From: Eledone cirrhosa
Taxonomy: Eukaryota
Direction of reading: 5' to 3'
Length of the DNA stretch: 64,000 nucleotides
Assembly: GCA_964016885.1 (NCBI GenBank)
Contig: OZ024754.1
Coordinates: 30,008,001-30,072,000 of the forward strand
The position numbers and the translations under genes are program-made. The notes under the pieces were generated by a model. That model saw only the letters and a list, made by a program, of their open reading frames with translations. It searched no databases and was not told where the DNA came from. Positions 59,310-64,000 of the stretch are shown piece by piece (position 1 is the first letter of the stretch; each line of letters starts with the position of its first letter).

Positions 59310-60332
59310 CGTCCTTCCGTCATCCTTTCTTCCATCCTTCTTTCCATCCTTCCGTCCTTCATTCCATCCTTCCTTCCTTCCATCCATCCTTCCTTCCATC
59401 CTTCCGTCCTTCCTTCCATCCTTCCTTCCTTCCAACCTTCCGTCCTTCCTTCCTTCCATCCTTCCTTCTGCCCTTCCTTCCATCCTTCCATCCTTCCATC
59501 CTTCCATCCTTCTTTCCATCCTTCCGTCCTTCCTTCCATCCATCCTTCCTTCCATCCTTCCTTCCATCCTTCCGTCCTTCCTTCCATCCATCCTTCCTTC
59601 CATCCTTCCTTCGATCCTTCCTTCCTTCCGTCTTTCCAACCTTCCTTCCTTCCATCCTTCCTTCCTTCCATCCATCCTTCCTTCCATCCTTCCGTCCTTC
59701 CTTCCATCCATCCTTCCTTCCATCCATCCTTCCATCCTTCCATCCATCCTTCCTTCCATCCATCCTTCCATCCTTCCGTCCTTCCTTCCATCCATCCTTC
59801 CTTCCCTCCATCCTTCCATCCTTCCTTCCCTCCGTCTTTCCATCCATCCTTCCATCCTTCCTTCTGTCCTTCTTTCCATCCTTCCGTCCTTCCTTCCTTC
59901 CATCCTCCCGTCCTTCCTTCCTTCCATCCATCCTTCCTTCCATCCTTCCGTCCTTCCTTCCTTCCATCCATCCTTCCGTCCTTCCTTCCGTCCTTCCATC
60001 CCTCCTTCCTTCCATCCCTCCGTCCTTCCATCCATCCTTCATTCCATCCTTCCTTCCGTACTCCCTTCCATCCTTCCTTCCATCCTTCCATCCTCCCTTC
60101 CGTCCTCCCTTCCATCCTTCCTTCCATCCATCCAACCATCCTTCCAACCATCCTTCCATCCTTCCGTCCTCCCTTCCATCCTTCCATCCATCCTTCCATC
60201 CTTCCTTCCATTCATCCACCCTTCCGTCCTCCCTTCCATCCTCCCTTCCATCCTTCCTTCTGTCCTTCCCTCCATCCAACCATCCATCCTTCCGTCCGTC
60301 CGTCCTTCCTTCCTTCCTTCCTTCCTTCCTTC
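59310..60332. repeat. ~1-kb polypyrimidine/polypurine tetranucleotide tract (TCCT/TCCA/TCCG)n
   Basis: Seen directly. The PSIL/EGRK ORFs are repeat translations. Confidence 0.95.
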
Positions 60333-60444
60333 TCCTACTAACCTTTCTCACCCTCGCTTTTCTTGGCCCTTCATTTTCCTTCCTTGTCATCTCAACAGTT
60401 TAATTAACTTACTTGTCTACCTCTATCTTTTTTTACACAAGTGT

Positions 60445-61170
60445 ATACATATACACATACAGACACATACACCCATACATGTGGTGACACCTTCATAGAC
60501 ACACATATACACATACAGACACATACACCCATACATGTGATGACACCTTCATAGACACACATATACACATAAAGACACATACACCCATACATGTGGTGAC
60601 ACATACTTAGACACACATATACACATACAGACACATACACCCATACAGGTGGTGCACATACTTAGACACACATATACACATACAGACACATACACCCATA
60701 CATGTGGTGCACATACTTAGACACACATATACACATACAGACACATACACCCATACATGTGGTGACACATTCATAGACACACATATACACATACAGACAC
60801 ATACACCCATACATGTGCTGACACATTCATAGACACACATATACACATACAGACACATACACCCATACATGTGGTGACACATTCATAGACACACATATAC
60901 ACATACAGACACATACACCCATACATGTAGTGACACATTCATAGACACACATATACACATACAGACACATACACCCATACATGTAGTGACACATTCATAG
61001 ACACACATATACACATACAGACACATACACCCATACATGTAGTGACACATTCATAGACACACATATACACATACAGACACATACATGTGGTGACACATTC
61101 ATAGACACACATATACACATACACCCATACATGTGGTGACACATTCATAGACACACATATACACATACAT
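60445..61170. repeat. 56-bp minisatellite
   Basis: tcatagacacacatatacacatacagacacatacacccatacatgtggtgacacat recurs at 60771, 60827, 60883 and onward. Confidence 0.9.
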
Positions 61171-61859
61171 ATACACATATACGAACATATACACAAATAC
61201 TTGAGCCAACATATCCATAGGCATGCATGTACACATACACAATCTCATACATACATACATGTGGTGACACATATATAAATACAGTCACAGAAATTCATAT
61301 ACACATACATACACAAATACTTGAGGCAACACATCCATGTATATGTGAGTGTGTATCTATACACACACACACATATATACAAACACATACACGTACACAG
61401 CTATACACATAAAGGTATACAGAATATACACATTCATGTACACAGACCCATACATGCATACATGTGGTGACACATATACAAACACATTCACAGAAATGCA
61501 TATACACATACATATACACATATACATACACAGTAATACACATACAAGTACACAGGATACACATATTATTGTACACAAACGCATACGCATACATAAACGC
61601 AAACGCATACAGAAACACATACACAAACACAAACACATACACATACACCTACATATAAACATACACAAACACATACATATACACATACACATCCATATGC
61701 ACATACATATACACATACACATCCATATACACATACACATCATTTGAAAATTACTTTGTTTAATATTTGCCTGGTTAATGTTAATAGGCTATCACTGTGA
61801 AGGTACTTCCAAGTTGAATGATTGCGCTATGGTATGAGAAACGATTCCCTTTTTTCATT

Positions 61860-62352
61860 TTATCTCTCATCTCTCGTCTTTCTCATCTCTTATCTCTCAT
61901 CTTTCGTCTCTCTCATCTCTTATCTCTCATCTCTCGTCTCTCTTATCTCTCATCTCTCGTCTCTCTTATCTCTCATCTCTCGTCTCTCTTATCTCTCATC
62001 TCTCGTCTCTATCATCTCTTATCTCTCGTCTCTCGTCTCTCGTCTCTCTCATCTCTTATCTCTCGTCTCTCGCCTCTCTCATCTCTTATCTATCATCTCT
62101 TGTCTCTCTCGTCTCTCCCGTCTCTCCCGTCCCTCTCCTTTTTTCTCTTTCTCTCTCTCTCATCTCTCTCTCCCTCATCTCTTTCTCATCTCTCTCTCAC
62201 TCTCTCTCATCTCTCTCATCCCTCTCTCATCCATCTCTCTCTCATCTCTCTCTCATCCCCCATACCTCATCTCTCTCTCTCTTCCATCTCTCATCTCTCT
62301 CTCTCATCTCTCTCTCCCTCTCCCTCCCATCCCCCATACCTCATCTCTCACT
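61860..62352. repeat. Pyrimidine-rich low-complexity tract (TCTCTCA/TCTCTTA/TCTCTCG)n
   Basis: Seen directly. Confidence 0.9.
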
Positions 62353-62679
62353 CCAGTATTTTATCTGTTGTCTTCTAATGCCCATCCATTCTCGACAAAA
62401 TGGCAATTATTGCTGTAATTTTGTTGGGATTTTTTCCCCGAAGACCAAAGCAATCATTAGCTGTTGACATAACCATATATAACACTACAACAATATGGCA
62501 GCTGCAACTGAGAGAAAGAATTCAATCCTTAAGGGAGAAGAGAATTGTGGTGTTGCTCTTGTATTTGCATAAATCTCCTCCTGGTTTTCATTTATATCTT
62601 TAACAAAATGGGAAATAAATGTACGAGAGATAGTCGAATAAAATAAAATAATTCAAAGTAGAATATAAGCATTTCTGAC

Positions 62680-62897
62680 TTAGGTATAAGGCTAATGGTT
62701 TGCGGGGAGGGAAGGGAAAAGTCGATTAAATCGACCCCAGTGCGTTACTGGTACTTTATTTTATCGACTTTGTAAGGATGAAAGGCAAAGGCAAAACTAA
62801 CCTCAGCAGGATTTGAACTCAGAAAATAAAGGGACCTAAGTATAAGCCGCAAAGCTTGTTGTCCGGTGCTCTACCGATTCTGCCAATCCACCACCCT
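62680..62897 (-). mobile_element. SINE family S
   Basis: Reverse complement of the A box, B box and core. Confidence 0.8.
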
Positions 62898-62908
62898 AGA
62901 GTAATCTA

Positions 62909-63360
62909 TCTATATATATAAAACAGAGGATGTCTGTCTGTCTGTGTAAATCCCTAAAACTCGAGATGTACACGACCGATTTTTTTCAAACTTTACACAT
63001 GCGTTATTTATATTTCTTGGAGTGCAATGAGCGAAAGAAATTTTAACTTTTTCTGCCCTAGGCGAAAAACCGATTAGGCGAAAAACCGCATTTTTTAGGC
63101 ATTTTTAGGCTCTTTTGAGGTGTAACTTAAAGATAATCCTGCCGATTTCCTCGAAATTTGCAGCACACATTAGTTAGTCCGTTCGTATTGCTGTGGACAA
63201 AAAAATGTCCCATTCTATTAATGGTTTCTAGGAAATTTACGAATTAGCATTGGGCATTACATGCCATTTTCATTTTCAATATAAACGCTACTTAAACATC
63301 GTAAGTAGCGTATAATATTTCGTTAAAAATTTGGTTTATTTAACAGAGGATACAACACTT
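62909..63360 (+). mobile_element. Helitron 5' end; 3' end not seen in the window
   Basis: a|TCTATATATATAAAACAGAGGATGTCTGTCTG matches the 5' termini at 18950 and 47629. The end coordinate is approximate. Confidence 0.6.
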
Positions 63361-64000
63361 ACTTTTAAGCAGGACCATTTTCGGGGGATTGAGGAAATGA
63401 GGAGGACCTTAAAATTTTTGTCGGCGCCCTGTTGACACTTCGTACTTTCATCACGCGCAAATCCGAGCCTGTGTACGTTGCCGTGTTATTAAACACCATA
63501 AAACCCACGTTTGTGTTACTTCTACTAAGACTCATTTTGTTGCACTTACACCGCAGTATGAACGCCCTGCGCAAGTTCGCCGAACAACGGTTGTGCTAAT
63601 TCCGCAGTAACCCCTTTTGTCGCACCTTTGTTGCTGTGTAAACGCAGTGGAACCAGTGCCGCCCAGCGTTTGTGCTAATTGCACTATGACACGCTTCTGC
63701 TGCAGCTGCATTGCCACGCTGATTTTGTCATCTCAATATCCCTACTTAAACGTACTTCCCTACTTGGTTTTCACACAATTGACTACGTCGCTCCTTCAGA
63801 CTGACGTGTGTTCCCCATCCGTGACATAAATCGTGAGCAGACTTACGACATACATCGCCCCACAACACTTACTTACTCCTTTCGCATACAGGATTTCCAC
63901 AATCAGCCCATTGACACTGCTACTACTGGATTCGGCCTGCTGATGTTCTACGTTTCCAGTAGATGAACAATCATTCCCTGGGAATAAGGGAATTCAAAAA

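Overview
AT-rich, microsatellite-saturated eukaryotic (metazoan) DNA. The SINE families and repeat landscape resemble an octopus/cephalopod genome (inference). No host protein-coding exon could be supported, and most ORFs in the track are simple-repeat translations. Main contents: (1) a 24-bp satellite at 1-2673; (2) a near-intact L1/Tx1-clade non-LTR retrotransposon (minus strand, 37714-43602; zinc-knuckle ORF1 and APE-RT-Zn ORF2 with one frameshift) inside an (AAT)n tract, head-to-head with a 5'-truncated R4/Dong-type restriction-like-endonuclease element in the same tract; (3) non-autonomous Helitrons, tRNA-derived SINEs including a head-to-tail array, a mariner-like MITE and a decayed CR1-like RT; (4) most notably, many (TA)n-embedded fold-back or tandem elements carrying type I hammerhead ribozyme (HHR) motifs, several next to GIY-YIG (Penelope-like) fragments. 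These include a non-coding 526-nt circularly permuted tandem unit (retrozyme-like), HHRs with long branched stem II, and two families with the compensatory U3-A8 core (UUGANAA). All RNA structures were assigned by eye and none has been tested.
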